Below, piece after piece: positions 1 to 15,000 of a stretch of 64,000 nt of DNA. Position 1 is the first letter of the stretch. Each line of letters opens with the position of its first letter. The notes beneath the pieces are model-generated. The model did no database searches and was not told where the DNA came from. It saw only the letters and a program-made list of their open reading frames with translations. Origin of the DNA: Eledone cirrhosa (taxonomy: Eukaryota); NCBI GenBank assembly GCA_964016885.1, contig CAXHJY010001634.1, positions 1-64,000 on the forward strand. Reading direction: 5' to 3'. Made by a program: the position numbers and the translations under genes.

Positions 1-2
1 CA

Positions 3-3000
3 ACGTCTACAACAACAACAACAGCGGCACCAGTGTCTACAAAAACAACAACAGCGGCACCAATGTCTACAACAACAACAACAGCGGCACCAATGTCTAC
101 AACAACAACAACAACAGCAGCACCAATGTCTACAACAACAACAACAGCGGCACCAATGTCTACAACAACAACAACAACAGCAGCACCAATGTCTACAACA
201 ACAACAACAACTCCGGCACCAATGTCTACAACAACAACAGCGGCACCAATGTCTACAACAACAACAACAGCGGCACCAATGTCTACAACAACAACAACAG
301 CGGCACCAATGTCTACAACAACAACAACACCGGCACCAATGTCTACAACAACAACAACAACACCGGCACCAATGTCTACAACAACAACAACAGCGGCACC
401 AATGTCTACAACAACAACAACACCGGCACCAATGTCTACAACAACAACAGTGGCACCAATGTCTACAACAACAACAACACCGGCACCAATGTCTACAACA
501 ACAACAACACCGGCACCAATGTCTACAACAACAACAACAACAGCAGCACCAATGTCTACAACAACAACAACAACTCCGGCACCAATGTCTACAACAACAA
601 CAGCGGCACCAATGTCTACAACAACAACAACGGCGGCACCAATGTCTACAACAACAACAACAGCGTTACCAATGTCTACAACAACAACAACAGCGGCACC
701 AATGTCTACAACAACAACAACAGCGGCACCAATGTCTACAACAACAACAACAACACCGGCACCAATGTCTACAACAACAACAACAGCGGCACCAATGTCT
801 ACAACAACAACAACAACACCGGCACCAATGTCTACAACAACAACAACAGCGGCACCAATGTCTACAACAACAGCAACAACAGCGGCACCAATGTCTACAA
901 CAACAACAGCGGCACCAATGTCTACAACAACAACAACAACACCGGCACCAATGTCTACAACAACAACAACAGCGGCACCAATGTCTACAACAACAACAAC
1001 AGCGGCATCAATGTCTACAACAACAACAACAGCGGCACCAATGTCTACAACAACAGCAACAACAGCGGCACCAATGTCTACAACAACAACAATAACAGCG
1101 GCACCAATGTCTACAACAACAACAACAGCGGCACCAATGTCTACAACAACAGCAACAACAACGGCACCAGTGTCTACAACAACAACAGCGGCACCAATGT
1201 CTACAACAACATCAACACCGGCACCAATGTCTACAACAACAACAACAGCGGCACCAATGTCTACAACAACAACAACAGCGGCACCAATGTCTACAACAAC
1301 AACAACAGCGGCACCAATGTCTACAACAACAACAACAACAGCGGCACCAATGTCTACAACAACAACAACAACACCGGCACCAATTTCTACAACAACAACA
1401 ACAGCGGCACCAATGTCTACAACAACAACAACAGCGGCACCAATGTCTACAACAACAACAACACCGGCACCAATGTCTACAACAACAACAACAGCGGCAC
1501 CAATGTCTACAACAACAACAACAGCGGCACCAATGTCTACAACAACAACAACAACAGCGGCACCAATGTCTACAACAACAACAACAACAACGGCACCAAT
1601 GTCTACAACAACAACAACAGCGGCACCAATGTCTACAACAACAACAACAACACCGGCACCAATGTCTACAACAACAACAACAGCGGCACCAATGTCTACA
1701 ACAACAGCAACAACAGCGGCACCAGTGTCTACAACAACAACAGCGGCACCAATGTCTACAACAACAACAACACCGGCACCAATGTCTACAACAACAACAA
1801 CAACAGCGGCACCAATGTCTACAACAACAACAACAGCGGCACCAATGTCTACAACAACAACAACAACAGCGGCACCAATGTCTACAACAACAACAACAGC
1901 GGCACCAATGTCTACAACAACAACAACAGCGGCACCAATGTCTACAACAACAACAACACCGGCACCAATGTCTACAACAACAACAACAACAGCGGCACCA
2001 ATGTCTACAACAACAACAACAGCGGCACCAATGTCTACAACAACAACAACACCGGCACCAATGTCTACAACAACAACAACAGCGGCACCAATGTCTACAA
2101 CAACAACAACAGCGGCACCAATGTCTACAACAACAACAACAGCGGCACCAATGTCTACAACAACAACACCGGCACCAATGTCTACAACAACAACAACAGC
2201 GGCACTAATGTCTACAACAACAACAACAACAGCGGTACCAATGTCTACAACAACAACAACAGCGGCACCAATGTCTACAACAACAACACGGGCACCAATG
2301 TCTACAACAACAACAACAGCGGCACCAATGTCTACAACAACAACAACACCGGCACCAATGTCTACAACAACAACAACAGCGGCACCAATGTCTACAACAA
2401 CAACAACACCGGCACCAATGTCTACAACAACAACAACAGCGGCACCAATGTCTACAACAACAACAACAGCGGCACCAATGTCTACAACAACAACAACACA
2501 GGCACCAATGTCTACAACAACAACAACACAGGCACCAATGTCTACAACAACAACAACAGCGGCACCAATGTCTACAACAACAACAACAGCGGCACCAATG
2601 TCTACAACAACAACAACAACAGCGGCACCAATGTCTACAACAACAACAACACCGGCACCAATGTCTACAACAACAACAACAGCGGCACCAATGTCTACAA
2701 CAACAACAACAGCGGCACCAATGTCTACAACAACAACAACAGCGGCACCAATGTCTACAACAACAACAACAGCGGCACCAATGTCTACAACAACAACAAC
2801 AACAGCGGCACCAATGTCTACAACAACAACAACACAGGCACCAATGTCTACAACAACAACAACACAGGCACCAATGTCTACAACAACAACAACACCGGCA
2901 CCAATGTCTACAACAACAACATCAGCGGCACCAATGTCTACAACAACAACAACACCGGCACCAACGTCTACAACAACAACAACAGCGGCACCAATGTCTA

Positions 3001-6000
3001 CAACAACAACAACACCGGCACCAATATCTACAACAACAACAACAGCGGCACCAATGTCTACAACAACAACAACAGCGGCACCAATGTCTACAACAACAAC
3101 ACCGGCACCAATGTCTACAACAACAACAACAGCGGCACCAATGTCTACAACAACAACAACAGTGGCACCAATGTCTACAACAACAACAACAGCGGCACCA
3201 ATGTCTACAACAACAACAACAGCGGCACGAATGTCTACAACAACAACAACAACTCCGGCACCAATATCTACAACAACAACAACAACAGCGGCACCAATGT
3301 CTACAACAACAACAACAGCGGCACCAATGTCTACAACAACAACAACAACAACAACACCGGCACCAATGTCTACAACAACAACAACAACAACAACACCGGC
3401 ACCAATGTCTACAACAACAACAACAGTGGCACCAATGTCTACAACAACAACAACAGCGGCACCAATGTCTACAACAACAACAACAGTGGCACCAATGTCT
3501 ACAACAACAACAACAGCGGCACCAATGTCTACAACAACAACAACAGCGGCACGAATGTCTACAACAACAACAACAACTCCGGCACCAATATCTACAACAA
3601 CAACAACAACACCGGCACCAATGTCTACAACAACAACAACAGCGGCACCAATGTCTACAACAACAACAACAGCGGCACCAATGTCTACAACAACAACAAC
3701 AACAACACCGGCACCAATGTCTACAACAACAACAACACCGGCACCAATGTCTACAACAACAACAACAGCGGCACCAATGTCTACAACAACAACAACAACA
3801 GCGGCACCAATGTCTACAACAACAACAACAGCGGCACCAATGTCTACAACAACAACAACAACAGCGGCACCAATGTCTACAACAACAACAACAACAGCGG
3901 CACCAATGTCTACAACAACAACAACAACACCGGCACCAATGTCTACAACAACAGCAACAACAGCGGCACCAATGTCTACAACAACAACAACAACACCGGC
4001 ACCAATGTCTACAACAACAACAACAACACCGGCACCAATGTCTACAACAACAGCAACAACAGCGGCACCAATGTCTACAACAACAACAACAACACCGGCA
4101 CCAATGTCTACAACAACAGCAACAACAGCGGCACCAATGTCTACAACAACAACAACAGCGGCACCAATGTCTACAACAACAGCAACAACAGCGGCACCAA
4201 TGTCTACAACAACAACAACAACACCGGCACCAATGTCTACAACAACAACAACAACAGCGGCACCAATGTCTACAACAACAACAACAACACCGGCACCAAT
4301 GTCTACAACAACAACAACAACACCGGCACCAATGTCTACAACAACAACAACAACAGCGGCACCAATGTCTACAACAACAACAACAACACCGGCACCAATG
4401 TCTACAACAACAACAACAACACCGGCACCAATGTCTACAACAACAGCAACAACAGCGGCACCAATGTCTACAACAACAACAACAACACCGGCACCAATGT
4501 CTACAACAACAACAACAGCGGCACCAATGTCTACAACAACAACAACAACACCGGCACCAATGTCTACAACAACAACAACAACAGCGGCACCAATGTCTAC
4601 AACAACAACAACAACACCGGCACCAATGTCTACAACAACAACAACAACAACACCGGCACCAATGTCTACAACAACAACAACAACAGCGGCACCAATGTCT
4701 ACAACAACAACAACAACACCGGCACCAATGTCTACAACAACAACAACAACACCGGCACCAATGTCTACAACAACAACAACAGCGGCACCAATGTCTACAA
4801 CAACAACAACAACAGCGGCACCAATGTCTACAACAACAACAACAACAGCGGCACCAATGTCTACAACAACAACAACAACACCGGCACCAATGTCTACAAC
4901 AACAACAACAGCGGCACCAATGTCTACAACAACAACAACAACAGCGGCACCAATGTCTACAACAACAACAACAACAACAACAGCGGCACCAATGTCTACA
5001 ACAACAACAACAACAGCGGCACCAATGTCTACAACAACAACAACAACAGCGGCACCAATGTCTACAACAACAACAACAACACCGGCACCAATGTCTACAA
5101 CAACAACAACAACAGCGGCACCAATGTCTACAACAACAACAACAACAGCGGCACCAATGTCTACAACAACAACAACAACAACAACAGCGGCACCAATGTC
5201 TACAACAACAACAACAACAGCGGCACCAATGTCTACAACAACAACAATAACAGCGGCACCAATGTCTACAACAACAACAACAGCGGCACCAATGTCTACA
5301 ACAACAACAACAACACCGGCACCAATGTCTACAACAACAATAACAACAGCGGCACCAATGTCTACAACAACAACAACAACACCGGCACCAATGTCTACAA
5401 CAACAACAACAGCGGCACCAATGTCTACAACAACAACAACAACAGCGGCACCAATGTCTACAACAACAACAACAACAGCGGCACCAATGTCTACAACAAC
5501 AACAACAACAGCGGCACCAATGTCTACAACAACAACAACAACAGCGACACCAATGTCTACAACAACAACAACAACACCGGCACCAATGTCTACAACAACA
5601 ACAGCGGCACCAATGTCTACAACAACAACAAAAGCGGCACCAATGTCTACAACAACAACAACAACAACAACAGCGGCACCAATGTCTACAACAACAACAA
5701 CAACAACAACAGCGGCACCAATGTCTACAACAACAACAACAACAGCGGCACCAATGTCTACAACAACAACAATAACAGCGGCACCAATGTCTACAACAAC
5801 AACAATAACAGCGGCACCAATGTCTACAACAACAACAACAACAACAACAGCGGCACCAATGTCTACAACAACAACAACAGCGGCACCAATGTCTACAACA
5901 ACAACAACAACACCGGCACCAATGTCTACAACAACAATAACAACAGCGGCACCAATGTCTACAACAACAACAACAACACCGGCACCAATGTCTACAACAA

Positions 6001-9000
6001 CAACAACAGCGGCACCAATGTCTACAACAACAACAACAACAGCGGCACCAATGTCTACAACAACAACAACAACAGCGGCACCAATGTCTACAACAACAAC
6101 AACAGCGGCACCAATGTCTACAACAACAACAACAACAGCGGCACCAATGTCTACAACAACAACAACAACACCGGCACCAATGTCTACAACAACAACAACA
6201 ACACCGGCACCAATGTCTACAACAACAACAACAACAACAACAGCGGCACCAATGTCTACAACAACAACAACAACAACAGCGGCACCAATGTCTACAACAA
6301 CAACAACAACAGCGGCACCAATGTCTACAACAACAACAACAACAACAACAACAGCGGCACCAATGTCTACAACAACAACAACAACAGCGGCACCAATGTC
6401 TACAACAACAACAACAACACCGGCACCAATGTCTACAACAACAACAAAAGCGGCACCAATGTCTACAACAACAACAACAACACCGGCACCAATGTCTACA
6501 ACAACAACAACAACAGCGGCACCAATGTCTACAACAACAACAACAGCGGCACCAATGTCTACAACAACAACAACAACAGCGGCACCAATGTCTACAACAA
6601 CAACAACAACACCGGCACCAATGTCTACAACAACAACAACAACAGTGGCACCAATGTCTACAACAACAACAACAGCGGCACCAATGTCTACAACAACAAC
6701 AACAACACCGGCACCAATGTCTACAACAACAACAACAACAGCGGCACCAATGTCTACAACAACAACAACAGCGGCACCAGTGTCTACAACAACAACAACA
6801 ACAACAGCGGCACCAATGTCTACAACAACAACAACAACAACAACAGCGGCACCAATGTCTACAACAACAACAACAACACCGGCACCAATGTCTACAACAA
6901 CAACAACAGCGGCACCAATGTCTACAACAACAACAACAACAGCGGCACCAATGTCTACAACAACAACAACAACAACAACAGCGGCACCAATGTCTACAAC
7001 AACAACAACAACACCGGCACCAATGTCTACAACAACAACAACAGCGGCACCAATGTCTACAACAACTACAACAACAGCAGCACCAAGGTCTACAACAACA
7101 ACAACAACTCCGGCACCAATGTCTACAACAACAACAGCGGCACCAATGTCTACAACAACAACAACAGCGGCACCAATGTCTACAACAACAACAACAGCGG
7201 CACCAATGTCTACAACAACAACAACACCGGCACCAATGTCTACAACAACAACAACAACACCGGTACCAATGTCTACAACAACAACAACAGCGGCACCAAT
7301 GTCTACAACAACAACAACACCGGCACCAATGTCTACAACAACAACAGTGGCACCAATGTCTACAACAACAACAACACCGGCACCAATGTCTACAACAACA
7401 ACAACACCGGCACCAATGTCTACAACAACAACAACAACAGCAGCACCAATGTCTACAACAACAACAACAACTCCGGCACCAATGTCTACAACAACAACAG
7501 CGGCACCAATGTCTACAACAACAACAACAGCGGCACCAATGTCTACAACAACAACAACAGCGGCACCAATGTCTACAACAACAACAACAGCGGCACCAAT
7601 GTCTACAACAACAACAACAGCGGCACCAATGTCTACAACAACAACAACAACACCGGCACCAATGTCTACAACAACAACAACAGCGGCACCAATGTCTACA
7701 ACAACAACAACAACACCGGCACCAATGTCTACAACAACAACAACAGCGGCACCAATGTCTACAACAACAGCAACAACAGCGGCACCAATGTCTACAACAA
7801 CAACAGCGGCACCAATGTCTACAACAACAACAACAACACCGGCACCAATGTCTACAACAACAACAACAGCGGCACCAATGTCTACAACAACAACAACAGC
7901 GGCACCAATGTCTACAACAACAACAACAGCGGCACCAATGTCTACAACAACAGCAACAACAGCGGCACCAATGTCTACAACAACAACAGCGGCACCAATG
8001 TCTACAACAACAACAATAACAGCGGCACCAATGTCTACAACAACAACAACAGCGGCACCAATGTCTACAACAACAGCAACAACAGCGGCACCAGTGTCTA
8101 CAACAACAACAGCGGCACCAATGTCTACAACAACATCAACACCGGCACCAATGTCTACAACAACAACAACAGCGGCACCAATGTCTACAACAACAACAAC
8201 AGCGGCACCAATGTCTACAACAACAACAACAGCGGCACCAATGTCTACAACAACAACAACAACAGCGGCACCAATGTCTACAACAACAACAACAACACCG
8301 GCACCAATTTCTACAACAACAACAACAGCGGCACCAATGTCTACAACAACAACAACAGCGGCACCAATGTCTACAACAACAACAACACCGGCACCAATGG
8401 CAACAACAACAACAACAGCGGCACCAATGTCTACAACAACAACAACAGCGGCACCAATGTCTACAACAACAACAACAACAGCGGCACCAATGTCTACAAC
8501 AACAACAACAACAACGGCACCAATGTATACAACAACAACAACAGCGGCACCAATGTCTACAACAACAACAACAACACCGGCACCAATGTCTACAACAACA
8601 ACAACAGCGGCACCAATGTCTACAACAACAGCAACAACAGCGGCACCAGTGTCTACAACAACAACAGCGGCACCAATGTCTACAACAACAACAACACCGG
8701 CACCAATGTCTACAACAACAACAACAACAGCGGCACCAATGTCTACAACAACAACAACAGCGGCACCAATGTCTACAACAACAACAACAGCGGCACCAAT
8801 GTCTACAACAACAACAACAGCGGCACCAATGTCTACAACAACAACAACAGCGGCACCAATGTCTACAACAACAACAACACCGGCACCAATGTCTACAACA
8901 ACAACAACAACAGCGGCACCAATGTCTACAACAACAACAACAGCGGCACCAATGTCTACAACAACAACAACATCGGCACCAATGTCTACAACAACAACAA

Positions 9001-12000
9001 CAGCGGCACCAATGTCTACAACAACAACAACAGCGGCACCAATGTCTACAACAACAACAACAGCGGCACCAATGTCTACAACAACAACACCGGCACCAAT
9101 GTCTACAACAACAACAACAGCGGCACTAATGTCTACAACAACAACAACAACAGCGGCACCAATGTCTACAACAACAACACGGGCACCAATGTCTACAACA
9201 ACAACAAAACCGGTACCAATGTCTACAACAACAACAACAGCGGCACCAATGTCTACAACAACAACAACACCGGCACCAATGTCTACAACAACAACAACAG
9301 CGGCACCAATGTCTACAACAACAACAACAGCGGCACCAATGTCTACAACAACAACAACACAGGCACCAATGTCTACAACAACAACAACACAGGCACCAAT
9401 GTCTACAACAACAACAACAACAGCGGCACCAATGTCTACAACAACAACAACAGCGGCACCAATGTCTACAACAACAACAACAACAGCGGCACCAATGTCT
9501 ACAACAACAACAACACCGGCACCAATGTCTACAACAACAACAACAGCGGCACCAATGTCTACAACAACAACAACAACACCGGCACCAATGTCTACAACAA
9601 CAACAACAACAGCGGCACCAATGTCTACAACAACAACAACAACAGAGGCACCAATGTCTACAACAACAACAACAGCGGCACCAATGTCTACAACAACAAC
9701 AACAACAGCGGCACCAATGTCTACAACAACAACAACAGCGGCACCAATGTCTACAACAACAACAACAACAGCGGCACCAATGTCTACAACAACAACAACA
9801 GCGGCACCAACGTCTACAACAACAACAACAGCGGCACCAATGTCTACAACAACAACAACAGCGGCACCAATGTCTACAACAACAACAACACCGGCACCAA
9901 TGTCTACAACAACAGCAACAACAGCGGCACCAATGTCTACAACAACAACAACAACAGCGGCACCAACGTCTACAACAACAACAACAGCGGCACCAATGTC
10001 TACAACAACAACAACACAGGCACCAATGTCTACAACAACAACAACAACAGCGGCACCAATGTCTACAACAACAACAACAGTGGCACCAATGTCTACAACA
10101 ACAACAACAGCGGCACCAATGTCTACAACAACAACAACAGCGGCACCAATGTCTACAACAACAACAACACAGGCACCAATGTCTACAACAACAACAACAC
10201 CGGCACCAATGTCTACAACAACAACATCAGCGGCACCAATGTCTACAACAACAACAACACCGGCACCAATGTCTACAACAACAACATCAGCGGCACCAAT
10301 GTCTACAACAACAACAACACCGGCACCAATATCTACAACAACAACAACAGCGGCACCAATGTCTACAACAACAACAACAGCGGCACCAATGTCTACAACA
10401 ACAACACCGGCACCAATGTCTACAACAACAACAACAGCGGCACCAATGTCTACAACAACAACATCAGCGGCACCAATGTCTACAACAACAACATCAGCGG
10501 CACCAATGTCTACAACAACAACAACAGCGGCACCAATATCTACAACAACAACAACACCGGCACCAATGTCTACAACAACAACAACACCGGCACCAATGTC
10601 TACAACAACAACATCAGCGGCACCAATGTCTACAACAACAACAACACCGGCACCAATGTCTACAACAACAACAACAGCGGCACCAATGTCTACAACAACA
10701 ACAACACCGGCACCAATGTCTACAACAACAACATCAGCGGCACCAATGTCTACAACAACAACAACAGCGGCACCAATGTCTACAACAACAACAACACCGG
10801 CACCAATATCTACAACAACAACAACAGCGGCACCAATGTCTACAACAACAACAACAGCGGCACCAATGTCTACAACAACAACAACAGCGGCACCAATGTC
10901 TACAACAACAACAACACCGGCACCAATGTCTACAACAACAACATCAGCGGCACCAATGTCTACAACAACAACAACAGCGGCACCAATGTCTACAACAACA
11001 ACAACACCGGCACCAATATCTACAACAACAACAACAGTGGCACCAATGTCTACAACAACAACAACAGCGGCACCAATGTCTACAACAACAACACCGGCAC
11101 CAATGTCTACAACAACAACAACAGTGGCACCAATGTCTACAACAACAACAACAGCGGCACCAATGTCTACAACAACAACAACAGCGGCACGAATGTCTAC
11201 AACAACAACAACAACTCCGGCACCAATATCTACAACAACAACAACAGCGGCACCAATGTCTACAACAACAACAACAGCGGCACCAATGTCTACAACAACA
11301 ACAACAACAACAACTCCGGCACCAATATCTACAACAACAACAACAACAGCGGCACCAATGTCTACAACAACAACAACAGCGGCACCAATGTCTACAACAA
11401 CAACAACAGCGGCACCAATGTCTACAACAACAACAACAGCGGCACCAATGTCTACAACAACAACAACAACAGCGGCACCAATGTCTACAACAACAACAAC
11501 AACAACAACAGCGGCACCAATGTCTGCAACAACAACAACAACAGCGGCACCAATGTCTACAACAACAACAACAACAGCGGCACCAATGTCTACAACAACA
11601 ACAACAACACCGGCACCAATGTCTACAACAACAACAACAACAGCGGCACCAATGTCTACAACAACAACAACAACAGCGGCACCAATGTCTACAACAACAA
11701 CAACAACAACAACAGCGGCACCAATGTCTACAACAACAACAACAACAGCGGCACCAATGTCTACAACAACAACAATAACAGCGGCACCAATGTCTACAAC
11801 AACAACAACAGCGGCACCAATGTCTACAACAACAACAACAACACCGGCACCAATGTCTACAACAACAATAACAACAGCGGCACCAATGTCTACAACAACA
11901 ACAACAACACCGGCACCAATGTCTACAACAACAACAACAGCGGCACCAATGTCTACAACAACAACAACAACAGCGGCACCAATGTCTACAACAACAACAA

Positions 12001-15000
12001 CAACAGCGGCACCAATGTCTACAACAACAACAACAACAGCGGCACCAATGTCTACAACAACAACAACAACAGCGGCACCAATGTCTACAACAACAACAAC
12101 ACCGGCACCAATGTCTACAACAACAACAACAGCGGCACCAATGTCTACAACAACAACAACAGCGGCACCAATGTCTACAACAACAACAACAACAACAACA
12201 GCGGCACCAATGTCTACAACAACAACAACAACAACAACAGCGGCACCAATGTCTACAACAACAACAATAACAGCGGCACCAATGTCTACAACAACAACAA
12301 CAGCGGCACCAATGTCTACAACAACAACAACACCGGCACCAATGTCTACAACAACAATAACAACAGCGGCACCAATGTCTACAACAACAACAACAACACC
12401 GGCACCAATGTCTACAACAACAACAACAGCGGCACCAATGTCTACAACAACAACAACAGCGGCACCAATGTCTACAACAACAACAACAACAGCGGCACCA
12501 ATGCCTACAACAACAACAACAGCGGCACCAATGTCTACAACAACAACAACAACAGCGGCACCAATGTCTACAACAACAACAACAACAGCGGCACCAATGT
12601 CTACAACAACAACAACAACAGCGGCACCAATGTCTACAACAACAACAACAACAGCGGCACCAATGTCTACAACAACAACAACAACAGCGGCACCAATGTC
12701 TACAACAACAACAACAACACCGGCACCAATGTCTACAACAACAACAAAAGCGGCACCAATGTCTACAACAACAACAACAACACCGGCACCAATGTCTACA
12801 ACAACAACAACAACAGCGGCACCAATGTCTACAACAACAACAACAGCGGCACCAATGTCTACAACAACAACAACAACAGCGGCACCAATGTCTACAACAA
12901 CAACAACAACAACAACAGCGGCACCAATGTCTACAACAACAACAACAACACCGGCACCAATGTCTACAACAACAACAACAACAGTGGCACCAATGTCTAC
13001 AACAACAACAACAGCGGCACCAATGTCTACAACAACAACAACAACACCGGCACCAATGTCTACAACAACAACAACAACAGCGGCACCAATGTCTACAACA
13101 ACAACAACAGCGGCACCAATGTCTACAACAACAACAACAACAGCGGCACCAATGTCTACAACAACAACAACAACAACAACAGCGGCACCAATGTCTACAA
13201 CAACAACAACAACACCGGCACCAATGTCTACAACAACAACAACAGCGGCACCAATGTCTACAACAACAACAACAACAGCGGCACCAATGTCTACAACAAC
13301 AACAACAACAACAACAGCGGCACCAATGTCTACAACAACAACAACAACACCGGCACCAATGTCTACAACAACAACAACAGCGGCACCAATGTCTACAACA
13401 ACAACAACAACACCGGCACCAATGTCTACAACAACAACAACAGCGGCACCAATGTCTACAACAACAACAACAACAGCGGCACCAATGTCTACAACAACAA
13501 CAACAACAACAACAGCGGCACCAATGTCTACAACAACAACAACAACACCGGCACCAATGTCTACAACAACAACAACAGCGGCACCAATGTCTACAACAAC
13601 TACAACAACAGCGGCACCAATGTCTACAACAACAACAACAACAGCGGCACCAATGTCTACAACAACAACAACAACTCCGGCACCAATGTCTACAACAACA
13701 ACAGCGGCACCAATGTCTACAACAACAACAACAGCGGCACCAATGTCTACAACAACAACAACAGCGGCACCAATGTCTACAACAACAACAACACCGGCAC
13801 CAATGTCTACAACAACAACAACAACACCGGCACCAATGTCTACAACAACAACAACAGCGGCACCAATGTCTACAACAACAACAACACCGGCACCAATGTC
13901 TACAACAACAACAGTGGCACCAATGTCTACAACAACAACAACACCGGCACCAATGTCTACAACAACAACAACACCGGCACCAATGTCTACAACAACAACA
14001 ACAACAGCAGCACCAATGTCTACAACAACAACAACAGCAGCACCAATGTCTACAACAACAACAACAGCGGCACCAATGTCTACAACAACAACAACAGCGG
14101 CACCAATGTCTACAACAACAACAACAGCGGCACCAATGTCTACAACAACAACAGCGGCACCAATGTCTACAACAACAACAACAGCGGCACCAATGTCTAC
14201 AACAACAACAACAGCGGCACCAATGTCTACAACAACAACAACAGCGGCACCAATGTCTACAACAACAACAACAGCGGCACCAATGTCTACAACAACAACA
14301 ACAACACCGGCACCAATGTCTACAACAACAACAACAGCGGCACCAATGTCTACAACAACAACAACACCGGCACCAATGTCTACAACAACAACAACAGCGG
14401 CACCAATGTCTACAACAACAACAATAACAGCGACACCAATGTCTACAACAACAACAACAGCGGCACCAATGTCTACAACAACAACAACAACACCGGCACC
14501 AATATCTACAACAACAACAACAGCGGCACCAATGTCTACAACAACAACAACAGCGGCACCAATGTCTACAACAGCAACAACAGCGGCACCAATGTCTACA
14601 ACAACAACAACAGCGGCACCAATGTCTACAACAACAACAACAGCGGCACCAATGTCTACAACAACAACAACAACACCGGCACCAATGTCTACAACAACAA
14701 CAACAGCGGCACCAATGTCTACAACAACAGCAACAACAGCGGCACCAATGTCTACAACAACAACAGCGGCACCAATGTCTACAACAACAACAACAACAAC
14801 ACCGGCACCAATGTCTACAACAACAACAACAGCGGCACCAATGTCTACAACAACAACAACAGCGGCACCAATGTCTACAACAACAACAACAGCGGCACTA
14901 ATGTCTACAACAACAGCAACAACAGCGGCACCAATGCCTACAACAACAACAGCGGCACCAATGTCTACAACAACAACAATAACAGCGGCACCAATGTCTA

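Noticed and set aside
50-70. CCAAT box or Kozak-like CACCAATG in each unit
   Set aside because: These are short motifs expected by chance in a repeat unit, with no promoter or gene context to support a function.
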